Notes: generated from the letters alone by a model not told the origin. Positions 9,078 to 18,152 are shown, numbered from the stretch's first letter. The stretch: DNA of 30,872 nt from a virus (IMGVR_UViG_3300032306_000546:1-30872); one strand, 5' to 3'. Numbers and translations are program-made.

Positions 9078-9547
9078 TGAATAATTTTCTGGCGCTCAAA
9101 GTCTATTTCCAAAGCATGGCGGACAGTCATGTTTTGCTGGAAGGCAATTTTGTCCATGGTGGAATTTCCAAACTCCGAGCGGATGTACTTTCAAAAATGA
9201 AATATCCCCTCATGTGGTTTGAAACTCCAATGATTGAGATTTACAACACCGGTTCGGCGATAATGGCAAACAAGAAATCTGCCATCGTAATCCTGGGCCA
9301 GATGAATGCAAACAACAGAACCGACGACCAACAGGATGATACATTAGATCAGTTGGAAGGCATCGCGCTGGATATCATTTCAAAGCTGCGGAAGGATGCA
9401 GTTGAAGGTATTCACAAAATCAATATCTCCGAATGCGACCTTGATCCAATTGATCCATTACTGGTGGACAATTGCATCGGATGGCGTTTTGAATTCACAA
9501 TCACCAATGCGATAAATATCTGTTACATTCCCGAAAACTGGATTTAA
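9077..9547 (+). CDS. Putative tail terminator/completion protein
   Basis: 156 aa, YPLMWFE and GWRFEFTI motifs, position in tail block. Confidence 0.6.
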   Translation: MNNFLALKVYFQSMADSHVLLEGNFVHGGISKLRADVLSKMKYPLMWFETPMIEIYNTGSAIMANKKSAIVILGQMNANNRTDDQQDDTLDQLEGIALDIISKLRKDAVEGIHKINISECDLDPIDPLLVDNCIGWRFEFTITNAINICYIPENWI

Positions 9548-9550
9548 AAA

Positions 9551-10957
9551 ATGGCCGTACTATTAAATCAAGTTGTAATCAATGCCGATGGCACTTTCAA
9601 CTTTATCCCGGAATGGGAAGAAAATCCAATCACCAATATGCCGGGATGCGCTCCGGAGTTTATTGGGTCTTATGTTTTTTTTACCGTTGGTGTTGTCACC
9701 GTTACGGTTACAACATTTGACACATCAACCGGCCAAATAATTGGATCAGTAGATTTAGAAACACTTGGTGAAGAAACTTTATTGTTTGGATATGGATTTG
9801 AAGATTGTGCATCAATTCCATCATTCCCATCGGTAAATGTTCCATTTATTTATGCAGCAAGCAAATGTTACTATTCCAAAAATCCAATTAATGTTTCGAT
9901 TGAAACATTCAGCCCATTCAACACAATCGAGATTCGGGTTTATGCCCAACCGTTTAATGGATCAACCGGCGATTTTGTTTTGCTTGGCACATTCAGATTT
10001 ATTTCTGATGCATTGAAATTTGTAAACCAGGACATCAGTTCAATTCTCGATGCTTATTGTTTGAAGGTGCTGAAAACATCAATACCCAACAACAACAATG
10101 TGGTTGAGGAATTGCCTTTGCATAGTCTCGAATTCTACACATCATCCCGGTATTATGATTCCGGCACCTGGTCTTCCTGGGTAGATTCTCAAATTGATTA
10201 TGTTTTGTTTGGAGGCCGAGGTTATGAAGAGGTTACTAGTGGGAATTTAGAATTGATTAGTCAGTTTCTTTTGACCAATGAAAACAATTTTCTGAGTCTG
10301 GCCATTGATTCTGCCGTTTATGTTTTGATAAAATCGGCTGGAACTTATGCCTACACAATTGATTTTGTTTTGTTTGATGGCACGATGAACGGCAACATTT
10401 CCGATACGGTAATCACAACCAATGATTGGTCAGTCGTAAAAATTCCAATCAATCCGATTGATGAAACTTACAAGTCAACCATCACAATCGACATTGATGG
10501 GATTGATATATCTACCGATTTTATTTCAGATTTATATCCGCATCAAGATATTGAAGAGTTTGTTTTTCTCTCACTTAGAAACGGATGGCGGACACTTAGT
10601 TGCACCGCCAACCTTACATCAATTTTAGAAGTTTCTCAAAACACTTATGAGAAGCAGCAACAGTTCGAATATTACGATGCAGACAACATTGCAACTACCG
10701 AGGTTTGGAGGGCAGTTGGAATGAAACGATTTAAGGTTGCCACCGGATTTATGCCTGAGCAAATGATTGACCAGCTTTTACAGGACTTCGCTTTATCTCC
10801 GAAAAAATTCAAGTGGGATAATGATTTGGGCAAATTCATTCCGGTTGTGGTTTCAACCAAGTCGGTTGAATACCTAAATTCCACCAGGCAGGGATTGCGT
10901 TCTTTCTCATTTGAATATCGCCCAGCATTTGAAAACAATATGCCATCCAGATTATGA
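9551..10957 (+). CDS. Putative distal tail/baseplate protein
   Basis: 468 aa, acidic, beta-rich; C-terminal FLSLRNGW...ATGF...FALSP...FSFEY domain. Confidence 0.6.
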   Translation: MAVLLNQVVINADGTFNFIPEWEENPITNMPGCAPEFIGSYVFFTVGVVTVTVTTFDTSTGQIIGSVDLETLGEETLLFGYGFEDCASIPSFPSVNVPFIYAASKCYYSKNPINVSIETFSPFNTIEIRVYAQPFNGSTGDFVLLGTFRFISDALKFVNQDISSILDAYCLKVLKTSIPNNNNVVEELPLHSLEFYTSSRYYDSGTWSSWVDSQIDYVLFGGRGYEEVTSGNLELISQFLLTNENNFLSLAIDSAVYVLIKSAGTYAYTIDFVLFDGTMNGNISDTVITTNDWSVVKIPINPIDETYKSTITIDIDGIDISTDFISDLYPHQDIEEFVFLSLRNGWRTLSCTANLTSILEVSQNTYEKQQQFEYYDADNIATTEVWRAVGMKRFKVATGFMPEQMIDQLLQDFALSPKKFKWDNDLGKFIPVVVSTKSVEYLNSTRQGLRSFSFEYRPAFENNMPSRL

Positions 10958-13440
10958 ACTTGACAATTATCGGCGACAACGGTTTTGAATTAGACATGAA
11001 TCCCGGAACGGTGGTTCAGGTAAATTTTTTTAATCCAATCTTCAGCACTGAGGTTTTGCGAGGTAGTTATACCTACACTTTTTCGCTGCCAATGTCGCCG
11101 ACAAACAAACTGTTTTTCGGATTCTCCGATCACATCAATTCCCTGGCGACTTACCAGAAGGAATACACCGGGCTGAAATTTAAATCTGGTGTGATTGAAA
11201 TGCCATGCACCCTTTCGCTGGACTCCATCACTACCGATGGATTTAATGTTTCCCTTTATCTGGCATCCGGTGCGGTGGCTGACAAGCTCCGGAATAAAAT
11301 CATGCCCGATGTGCCAACCGAAAGCATCGATGTAAAAACAGAAATTCAGTTTGCGACTTATCGGCTGACACTGCTTTCGCCGCCAGTTCTGAATGATTAT
11401 CTGTTTGCAACGGTTCGGTATGAAACGGCTGGGCCGACTTACGATGAATATGTTTACGGCATCGAATACACCGGTCAAAGTGCTGCTGAATTAATGGTTG
11501 CGATTGCGGCGCAAATCAGTAAGTATCGACCAATTCCCAATTATTCACCATTCGAAAGTTATGATGAATATGATTTGGTTTTGGATGTTTCCACAGATGA
11601 AATATATGCCAGCGATCAGGACAACAATATTGGAAATCCACTATCCGGCCCGACTTGGAATTTCCTATGCACAAAAGCAGATTGGCCGATTAAAAGAGCA
11701 GAATACAATTTAAGCGGAGACAACCGGAATTGGTGGAAGTACGATTTGTTCAATGCCAATAAAGCATTCCGGGCGTTCTCTAATGGCGAAAGCATAACGC
11801 TCTACGACAATTATGGCGAAACCTACCCACTGAATTTTGATTCGTTCAATCAATTCCTGGATCAAAACAATGATGTCGGGTATTGGTCGTTTTTTGGCGG
11901 CATAAATTACACTTATCCGACCGCAGATATTTTCAACGATTATCTGCCGATTTACTTAACTAGAAAAGTAAACAATGCGGTGCCTGGCGAAAACTTTGTG
12001 GCATATCCAATTTTGAATCCAACTTTTTCGCCGACACCAGAATATTGCGGTGTAGTTAATTACTGGAAGAATGGCGGATTTTTCGGAAACGATTACGATT
12101 TCGGCTGGCTGCAAAAACACGCACATTCTATTTCGGTGAATGCGCTTTATGCCATCCAGAAGATGCACGATTATTTGGAATCGGAATTCGACAAGGATGT
12201 AGATATGCCCAACATTTCGAACAACAATTTTATTATTGATCTCTATCTTTTTTCGAATTACTCAGCCGACCGGTTCACAAAATTCAAACCATCCGGAACA
12301 TCTCCCTGGCTGGAGTCGGATTTGGGCGCAAACATTTTAAATGTCAGCCAGTTTTTGCCACCGATAAGTTTAGGCGATTTCATCAACGGTTTCCGGAATT
12401 ACTTTTTTCTGGGAGTCTTCTTTGATTTTTTCAGCAACCGGGTAAAGTATCGCAAGCTTTCGGATGTGCTGACCGACTTTGAAAATTCGTATGATCTGAC
12501 CGACATTGCCGGCAATTTTCAAGAAATCATTTACGAAGATCCAAAAGGATTTTTTCTTGATTACACGAACGATCCAGCTGATGAATTGATTTCAGTTTTC
12601 ACGAACGACATCTACAATCTGGAATTGACATTGGTTCCGGCGGTTGCCGATTTTGCATCACTACCAGCATCGCCAAATGAAAATGATTTGGCTTTGGTGA
12701 TTGATGAGGATCAATATTATTTGGCGGTAAGGATTTTTGATGCCTCGATTGAGTGGCAATATTTTTCCAAAAATCTTTATGGTCTGGAACTTCCGGATGC
12801 AGATGACAATGTCCTGACCGTTTACCAACCAAAAGCCGGAACGACTTTGATGTATACCGGCCACGATTGGCTGGATGGCGCAGAATATTTTCCGCCATTT
12901 TTTATTCAGTCAATCAATAATACCTACCGAGTTGGCGATTTTGTTTTAGATCAAAACGGCGATTATTATGAATGTCTAATTGAACACGAAAACATTCCCT
13001 TGACCAATGCCACATATTGGGCCGCCAGGGATTTTGATTTTGTGAAAATGCCAATGTCCAGCATCAGTCGGAATTCGAAAACATTTAAGGAAAAAACCAA
13101 ATGTACACTGAGGTTTCTGTATTACGCTGGGCTAGTTACCAATCCAGCCGGAGGAACTGATATTGTTCCTTTCGCCACAAACGATGCCGGGGCGCTGGGA
13201 TCGCTCAAATGGGAAGGTGACTACGGATTGTATAATGTTTGGGGAAAGGATTGGATAAATTTTGTCCAAAAAAGAAAGCGCACGGTAATCCAGATTCCGA
13301 TGAATGAAACACTTCTCCAGGAACTTCGGCCTGACCGGTTGATTAAAATTCACAATCAGTACTACCTTTTTTCGGAAATGAAAACTAGTTTTCCGATGGA
13401 AAATAATTTGGCAACCATTACCCTTTATTCAATCAGCTGA
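10954..13440 (+). CDS. Putative tail tip/hub protein
   Basis: 828 aa; N-terminal NPIF...GSYTYTFSLP...N...FGF motif typical of siphovirus hub proteins; aromatic insert modules. Confidence 0.7.
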   Translation: MNLTIIGDNGFELDMNPGTVVQVNFFNPIFSTEVLRGSYTYTFSLPMSPTNKLFFGFSDHINSLATYQKEYTGLKFKSGVIEMPCTLSLDSITTDGFNVSLYLASGAVADKLRNKIMPDVPTESIDVKTEIQFATYRLTLLSPPVLNDYLFATVRYETAGPTYDEYVYGIEYTGQSAAELMVAIAAQISKYRPIPNYSPFESYDEYDLVLDVSTDEIYASDQDNNIGNPLSGPTWNFLCTKADWPIKRAEYNLSGDNRNWWKYDLFNANKAFRAFSNGESITLYDNYGETYPLNFDSFNQFLDQNNDVGYWSFFGGINYTYPTADIFNDYLPIYLTRKVNNAVPGENFVAYPILNPTFSPTPEYCGVVNYWKNGGFFGNDYDFGWLQKHAHSISVNALYAIQKMHDYLESEFDKDVDMPNISNNNFIIDLYLFSNYSADRFTKFKPSGTSPWLESDLGANILNVSQFLPPISLGDFINGFRNYFFLGVFFDFFSNRVKYRKLSDVLTDFENSYDLTDIAGNFQEIIYEDPKGFFLDYTNDPADELISVFTNDIYNLELTLVPAVADFASLPASPNENDLALVIDEDQYYLAVRIFDASIEWQYFSKNLYGLELPDADDNVLTVYQPKAGTTLMYTGHDWLDGAEYFPPFFIQSINNTYRVGDFVLDQNGDYYECLIEHENIPLTNATYWAARDFDFVKMPMSSISRNSKTFKEKTKCTLRFLYYAGLVTNPAGGTDIVPFATNDAGALGSLKWEGDYGLYNVWGKDWINFVQKRKRTVIQIPMNETLLQELRPDRLIKIHNQYYLFSEMKTSFPMENNLATITLYSIS

Positions 13441-14894
13441 TGCCATCACCAAAAAGAATTCGACTTCGCGATTTGCGAAAATCTCCCGGCTTTGTGACTC
13501 ACGAACAACTTGCAAGCGTAATTGATGCGGTGGTTTTGATTGATGAACAGACAGGCGGCGGTGGCGGTGGTGCAGCTTGGTTTGATGGTGCTGGAACACC
13601 ATCGCCCGGATTGGGAAATAATGGCGATTATTACCTGAACACTACCAACGGCGATGTATATGAGAAAGCTGGTGGAAGTTGGTCTGTCGTAGGAAATATT
13701 AAAGGGCCAGCTGGAACTAACGGCACAAATGGCACCAATGGTGTTGGTGTTCCAGTGGCTGGAACTACCGGCCAGATTCTAGCGAAAATTGATGCGACCG
13801 ATTACAACACGGAATGGATTGACAATTTTACCAGTCAAGTAAAACACCAAGTAAAAGCTGGAGTTGCGCTGACTAAAGGACAGGCGGTTTATGTGACAGG
13901 GGCTAACGGAACCAACATTATTGTTGGTAAAGCTGATAATACAACCGAAGTTACATCAAGTAAAACGATGGGCTTGATTCAAACTGATTTGGCAAACAAT
14001 GCCTTTGGTTATGTGATTACAGAAGGTTTATTGGCTGGCCTTGATACAAGCGCAGCCGGTGCAGCTGGCGATCCAGTATGGCTTGGCACCAATGGCAATT
14101 TACTTTATGGCGCAGCAAATGAACCGCTCGCGCCAGCGCATTTGGTTTTTATTGGTATTGTTACGAGGAAACAATCAAACAACGGTGAAATATTTGTTAA
14201 TGTCAGAAATGGATTTTCTTTAAGAGAAATCCACGATGTGACAATTACAAGTGTGGCGAACAATAACTTGCTGATGTATGAATCTGCGACTGCACTTTGG
14301 AAAAATAAAACACTTTCGCAAATTATAACCGCCGCATTGGGTAATGGCATTTCCGGTCAATTACTCCAAACTGATGGGGCTGGTACTTTTGCCTGGTCAA
14401 ACAATAATGGAAAACAAGGCACTTTTATGGATGCCACGCAAACCAGTGTAACTGGTACCAATGCCGAGACAATCAATAAATCCCTACTGATTCCAGCCAA
14501 CACATTTGACAATTCAACGGCCTTTACAATCAAAGCTAGGCTTTGGAGATCAAATGAAGCTTTCAATGCCGTTATTGTAAAGATATATGTAAGTGCTAGT
14601 GCATCATCTTTTTCTGGTGCCGTTTTAATTGGTTCTTCGACAATTTCATCGGGCGCAGGTCTTTCCGGTTTTATTTTCCAGAGAAGCATTTTAATTTCAA
14701 ATAAAACAACCTTATCTGCTTTTCATCTTGTTACGGCAGCCAATAGTTACACTGATTTAGCGCTTTCCGGCCCATATAATGCCGTGGCAATTGATTGGAC
14801 AGTAAATCGATACATTCTAATCACTACCACTGCCACAAATGCGAATCTAACATATGTCAATTATGTCCGTTCAATTCAAATAATTGCAGAATAA
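13440..14894 (+). CDS. Tail fiber / receptor-binding protein
   Basis: Gly6 linker, GDYYLNTTNGDVY motif, short GxY collagen-like run, GTTGQILAK motif, Ser/Thr/Ala-rich beta C-terminus. Confidence 0.8.
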   Translation: MPSPKRIRLRDLRKSPGFVTHEQLASVIDAVVLIDEQTGGGGGGAAWFDGAGTPSPGLGNNGDYYLNTTNGDVYEKAGGSWSVVGNIKGPAGTNGTNGTNGVGVPVAGTTGQILAKIDATDYNTEWIDNFTSQVKHQVKAGVALTKGQAVYVTGANGTNIIVGKADNTTEVTSSKTMGLIQTDLANNAFGYVITEGLLAGLDTSAAGAAGDPVWLGTNGNLLYGAANEPLAPAHLVFIGIVTRKQSNNGEIFVNVRNGFSLREIHDVTITSVANNNLLMYESATALWKNKTLSQIITAALGNGISGQLLQTDGAGTFAWSNNNGKQGTFMDATQTSVTGTNAETINKSLLIPANTFDNSTAFTIKARLWRSNEAFNAVIVKIYVSASASSFSGAVLIGSSTISSGAGLSGFIFQRSILISNKTTLSAFHLVTAANSYTDLALSGPYNAVAIDWTVNRYILITTTATNANLTYVNYVRSIQIIAE

Positions 14895-15106
14895 TGGAAT
14901 CAATTTTATTTTCCGGAGGCATCTTTAATTTTAATGGCGGTTATTACAATTTGGTCGGCATTATTTCCGATCCTGGACAAGCGGTTTTGGTTAATCTTAA
15001 AAACGAGCAATACGAATTTACCATTGCGTTAACTGCCAACGAAACCACAATCAACGGAGTTTTACAGACTTCCTCCGAAATGATTGTGGAAACACTATCC
15101 AGCTGA
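14894..15106 (+). CDS. Small fiber-associated protein (70 aa)
   Basis: TAATG coupling with the fiber gene supports a start at 14894. Confidence 0.6.
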   Translation: MESILFSGGIFNFNGGYYNLVGIISDPGQAVLVNLKNEQYEFTIALTANETTINGVLQTSSEMIVETLSS

Positions 15107-15150
15107 TTTCAGGCAGAGTAAAAATATTTTCTATTTTTTCTGAAAAAAAG

Positions 15151-15191
15151 TGTGCAACCTATTGCACATATTAAAACCATTTGTACATTTG
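15151..15191 (+). promoter_or_regulatory. Bacteroidota-type early promoter with overlapping palindromic operator
   Basis: TTG at 15162-15164, 19-nt spacer, TACATTTG at 15184-15191 (TAnnTTTG); TGTGCAA-N4-TTGCACA at 15151-15168. Confidence 0.7.
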
Positions 15192-15239
15192 TCCCACTGC
15201 AACGGAGCAGCACAAGTTCAAACTTTACCAAACAAAAAA

Positions 15240-15470
15240 ATGACAACAGCAGAATTATCCCAGCGCATTATCGCAAGCAAAACACATTCCTATGGACACT
15301 ATAAAGTGACCATTCAATACAGGGGAAAGCAGTATAGCTGCACCAGCACCGATTCAATGGCATACGATCGTTACTTGTATAAGCCTATTTCCAAAAGAGG
15401 AGTATACACTCAAAGAGATGCTCTTAAGTCTTTATGGAATGAATGTAAGCGCAAAAACAATCTTTACTAA
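15240..15470 (+). CDS. Hypothetical early protein (76 aa)
   Basis: ATG after an A-rich tract, first gene downstream of the promoter. Confidence 0.7.
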   Translation: MTTAELSQRIIASKTHSYGHYKVTIQYRGKQYSCTSTDSMAYDRYLYKPISKRGVYTQRDALKSLWNECKRKNNLY

Positions 15471-15489
15471 TTTAAAAATAAACGAAGCG

Positions 15490-15627
15490 ATGAAAAAGTT
15501 TATGAAAATCAAAATGGTGAAATCGCCGATAGGTCGTCAATTTCTCCTCGAATGGTGGTACCAGCTGAATGGTGTAAATCACCTAGTCGATTCTCAAATC
15601 GTAAACGACCTGAAGTCATGGTTATAA
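15490..15627 (+). CDS. Hypothetical early protein (45 aa)
   Basis: AAAAATAAACGAAGCG-ATG start context; fills the gap in the operon. Confidence 0.5.
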   Translation: MKKFMKIKMVKSPIGRQFLLEWWYQLNGVNHLVDSQIVNDLKSWL

Positions 15628-15836
15628 GTCATTTTATAATTGAGAATTCGGATGGCATCCAGGAGATGGCTCATTTTTTAAATCTGAAACAATCAGAACA
15701 ATTCAATGTTCCAGCTGCCAACAGTAAGGTTGGCGATTGGGTACATCTCCGCCCGGATTTTTCTGGGCGGATTTTAAGAATTCGACACGAATTTTACGAT
15801 GAAAACGGAAGGTTAACAAGTAAACTGAAATTATGA
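15618..15836 (+). CDS. Hypothetical protein (72 aa)
   Basis: Overlaps both neighbours; KVGDWV...GRILRIRHEF small beta-barrel-like pattern. Confidence 0.55.
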   Translation: MVISHFIIENSDGIQEMAHFLNLKQSEQFNVPAANSKVGDWVHLRPDFSGRILRIRHEFYDENGRLTSKLKL

Positions 15837-16036
15837 ATGATGAAATCAAAAGCCTGTTCAAAAGGCTTAAAGCAGAAAGAATTCGACAGGGTAAATCCCA
15901 GGAACAAATTGCGGAATCCATGGGGATTGATCGTTCGGCGGTTTCCAAAATGGAAGCTGGCCGAAACATCAGCTTGAATCGCACAATTGAATATGCCAAT
16001 GCACTTGGCATTAAACTCAGCATCGAAAAATCATGA
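15833..16036 (+). CDS. XRE/Cro-family HTH regulator
   Basis: LKAERIRQGKSQEQIAESMGIDRSAVSKMEAG is a canonical HTH_3 pattern. Confidence 0.92.
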   Translation: MNDEIKSLFKRLKAERIRQGKSQEQIAESMGIDRSAVSKMEAGRNISLNRTIEYANALGIKLSIEKS

Positions 16037-16338
16037 ATGACTTCAATAAATTATGTGCATTCGTGAAATGCACCCTAATCACCAGCGAGGTAGTCCACTA
16101 TTCCGGAAAGCAGATGCGCCACGAAGTGCGGCACCATTTCAATCAGGTGAAAAATGCTTGCACCTTGTTTGAAAAATTCATCCATCGGGAACTTGGCCCA
16201 ATGGCTAAAGATGAGGATGAAATCAATTCTGAAATCTGCAATCTGATTTGGCAGATTTTCGACATGGAACCGGAGACAAGGGAGAACTTTTTAAAACACA
16301 TGGATAAATTCGAATATGACGAGCCAAAACAGAAATGA
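16033..16338 (+). CDS. Hypothetical protein
   Basis: 101-aa helical ORF with ATGA coupling. Confidence 0.7.
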   Translation: MNDFNKLCAFVKCTLITSEVVHYSGKQMRHEVRHHFNQVKNACTLFEKFIHRELGPMAKDEDEINSEICNLIWQIFDMEPETRENFLKHMDKFEYDEPKQK

Positions 16339-16621
16339 TATTCTCGACCACCAGCTGGCAGAAATCAGAAAAATAATTACAAGTAAGAGCCAGGATTACG
16401 CTGGCGAGGATGATGTCCTGAAAGCATTTCGCCAAGTGGCTGAATTACTTGAAATGGACATGGAATCGGTTTGCCATGTTTTTATTGGGACAAAAATTGT
16501 CCGTTTAAAAACCTTATCAGAAGCCGGGAAGATTCCAAACCACGAATCTATCCGGGACACCATCCGTGATCTTCAGTGTTACACCTTAATTCTAGAACAC
16601 ATTTACCTGAGCCAAACATAA
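16316..16621 (+). CDS. All-alpha nucleotide pyrophosphatase-like protein (DUF1599/Nmad1-like)
   Basis: KxxDYA...F...KIVRL...ESIRDTIRDLxxY pattern. Confidence 0.65.
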   Translation: MTSQNRNDILDHQLAEIRKIITSKSQDYAGEDDVLKAFRQVAELLEMDMESVCHVFIGTKIVRLKTLSEAGKIPNHESIRDTIRDLQCYTLILEHIYLSQT

Positions 16622-16626
16622 AGAGT

Positions 16627-16872
16627 ATGGGAGCGCCAAAAAATAACCAATACGGATTAAAATATTCCACAAAAATGGTGAATCAAATCACCTTTAAAAT
16701 GCAGAAATCGGAATGGGAATTATTTTTATCCTGGGCAGGGCAGCGCTGCCGGTCAGAATTAATCAGAGAAGCAATTTTAAAACAGATTCAAAATGAAAAA
16801 GCACTGGACACCGGAAGAAGACCGAAAGCTGGTCAATATATATCCCCGGATGAACAACATGGAGGTTGCTGA
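16627..16872 (+). CDS. Putative ribbon-helix-helix DNA-binding protein
   Basis: GAPKNNQY N-terminus, then QITFKM strand and RSELIREAI helix. Confidence 0.55.
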   Translation: MGAPKNNQYGLKYSTKMVNQITFKMQKSEWELFLSWAGQRCRSELIREAILKQIQNEKALDTGRRPKAGQYISPDEQHGGC

Positions 16873-17416
16873 GGAGATGCAGCGATCATACGGAAGCATT
16901 GTCGGCAGAGCGCAAGTGCTGGGCCTAAAAAAGGATCCGGCTTACATTCACGAATTGCTGATGAAGGAAGCCCAGAAGCTGAAAAAATCGGGAGAAGCTT
17001 ACAGATACAAGCCAGGCGGAGTTTCCTACAACAAAGGGAAGCGCATGAATCCGGCCACAAAGGAAAAAATATCACATACTTTTTTTACATCGGGCCATCA
17101 GCCTTGGAACACTAAGCAACAAGGGCATGAGCGAATTACTAAAGATGGTTATTTGATGGTCAAATTGAGGAATCGCCAATATGTTTTGAAGCACAAGTGG
17201 ATGTGGGAATCAGAACACGGTAAGGTGCCAGCTGGATATGCGCTCAAATTCATCGATGGCAATCCATTGAATTGCGTTTTGGGAAATCTCAGGCTAATCA
17301 GCCGGGCAGAAAACATGGCAAACAACACAATCCATAATTTGCCGGAAGATTTAAAAGAAGTGATACGATTGAAAAATAAAATAAACAGAATTTGCGATGC
17401 CAAAGAACAAGATTGA
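16793..17416 (+). CDS. HNH_3-like protein with Myb-like N-terminus
   Basis: WTPEEDRKL, repeated GxxP/Y-N motifs, KDGYL, HKWMWESEHGKVP...FIDGNPLNCVLGNL...N. Confidence 0.85.
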   Translation: MKKHWTPEEDRKLVNIYPRMNNMEVAEEMQRSYGSIVGRAQVLGLKKDPAYIHELLMKEAQKLKKSGEAYRYKPGGVSYNKGKRMNPATKEKISHTFFTSGHQPWNTKQQGHERITKDGYLMVKLRNRQYVLKHKWMWESEHGKVPAGYALKFIDGNPLNCVLGNLRLISRAENMANNTIHNLPEDLKEVIRLKNKINRICDAKEQD

Positions 17417-17618
17417 AGATTTGCGAAACCACCTTTTCGCCACCATTGAATCGCTCCTGGATCAGGATCAGCCAATGGATATTGAGAGAGCCAGAGTCGT
17501 GGCAGAGGTTGCCAATGCGGTGATAAACTCTGCAAAAGTTGAGGTTAGTTACATGAAGCTGACAGGCAACAACGGAACCAATTTTATCCCGGATGATAAA
17601 ACCATTGAACTGCGATGA
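17397..17618 (+). CDS. Small helical partner of the HNH-like gene
   Basis: NKIEDLRNHLF...ERAR...INSAKVE, a family I recognise as adjoining this HNH type in phages. Confidence 0.75.
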   Translation: MPKNKIEDLRNHLFATIESLLDQDQPMDIERARVVAEVANAVINSAKVEVSYMKLTGNNGTNFIPDDKTIELR

Positions 17619-17848
17619 ATGGAGTTACCTACTTTGCGATTTTCTTTATTCTGGGACTTGAAACTCACTTAAACCAGAATAAAGATATTTCTTCGACAAT
17701 TCATTTTTTTATACTTTGGATTGAAGTCTTTATTTTTCTGCCTTTCATGATTTACATGATTGCCGAAAACAAATCAAAAGAGATTCGGCGGCAGATGTTT
17801 TTTTGGGGTTTATTTGGATTCATTTTGGGTTTTTTAATTTTCAAATGA
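17615..17848 (+). CDS. Small membrane protein
   Basis: Two to three Phe/Ile-rich hydrophobic segments; ATGA overlaps at both ends. Confidence 0.65.
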   Translation: MNGVTYFAIFFILGLETHLNQNKDISSTIHFFILWIEVFIFLPFMIYMIAENKSKEIRRQMFFWGLFGFILGFLIFK

Positions 17849-18054
17849 TAGATTTTTTGAAACCCACGGCAAAAGATTTAAAGGTATTGATTCCAATGGT
17901 TGTGGCTATTCTTGATGAAGCCGGAATCAATCGTGCGGAATGGTCAGTTGAAAAAGCAATGGTTCATTTAAATTCATCAAACAATTGGGAGAACCTTATG
18001 GCTTGTCTGATTAACAACCAATCAGCTATATTTGCCCAGCTAAGAAATGATTAA
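17845..18054 (+). CDS. Hypothetical protein (69 aa)
   Basis: ATGA coupling supports the start at 17845. Confidence 0.6.
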   Translation: MIDFLKPTAKDLKVLIPMVVAILDEAGINRAEWSVEKAMVHLNSSNNWENLMACLINNQSAIFAQLRND

Positions 18055-18108
18055 AATGTTTGGTATAAACTTGACGATTAAAAACGGCGGTCTATGATCG
18101 CCGTTTTT
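18039..18108 (+). ncRNA. Candidate small RNA 1
   Basis: TATATTTG at 18027-18034 with TTG 21 nt upstream, and a terminator about 70 nt downstream. Inference only. Confidence 0.35.
18080..18108 (+). terminator. Intrinsic terminator closing the first accessory operon
   Basis: AAAAACGGCGGTC-TAT-GATCGCCGTTTTT. Confidence 0.85.
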
Positions 18109-18113
18109 GTTTT

Positions 18114-18148
18114 GTCCTAATTTGGTTTGTGCATTTTCTGCACTTTTG
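18114..18148 (+). promoter_or_regulatory. Putative late promoter motif
   Basis: GTCCTAA at 18114, CACTTTTG at 18141-18148, ATG at 18153. Confidence 0.6.
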
Positions 18149-18152
18149 AATT

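Noticed and set aside
10990-11478. Minus-strand ORFs (this 162-aa one and others)
   Set aside because: They are antisense shadows of strong + strand genes or repeats, with no recognisable motifs or promoters.
13440-15106. Diversity-generating retroelement target
   Set aside because: No reverse transcriptase and no template/variable repeat pair were seen.
15132-15144. 13-bp TATTTTTTCTGAA shared with 26460-26472
   Set aside because: Low complexity and same orientation; plausible by chance.
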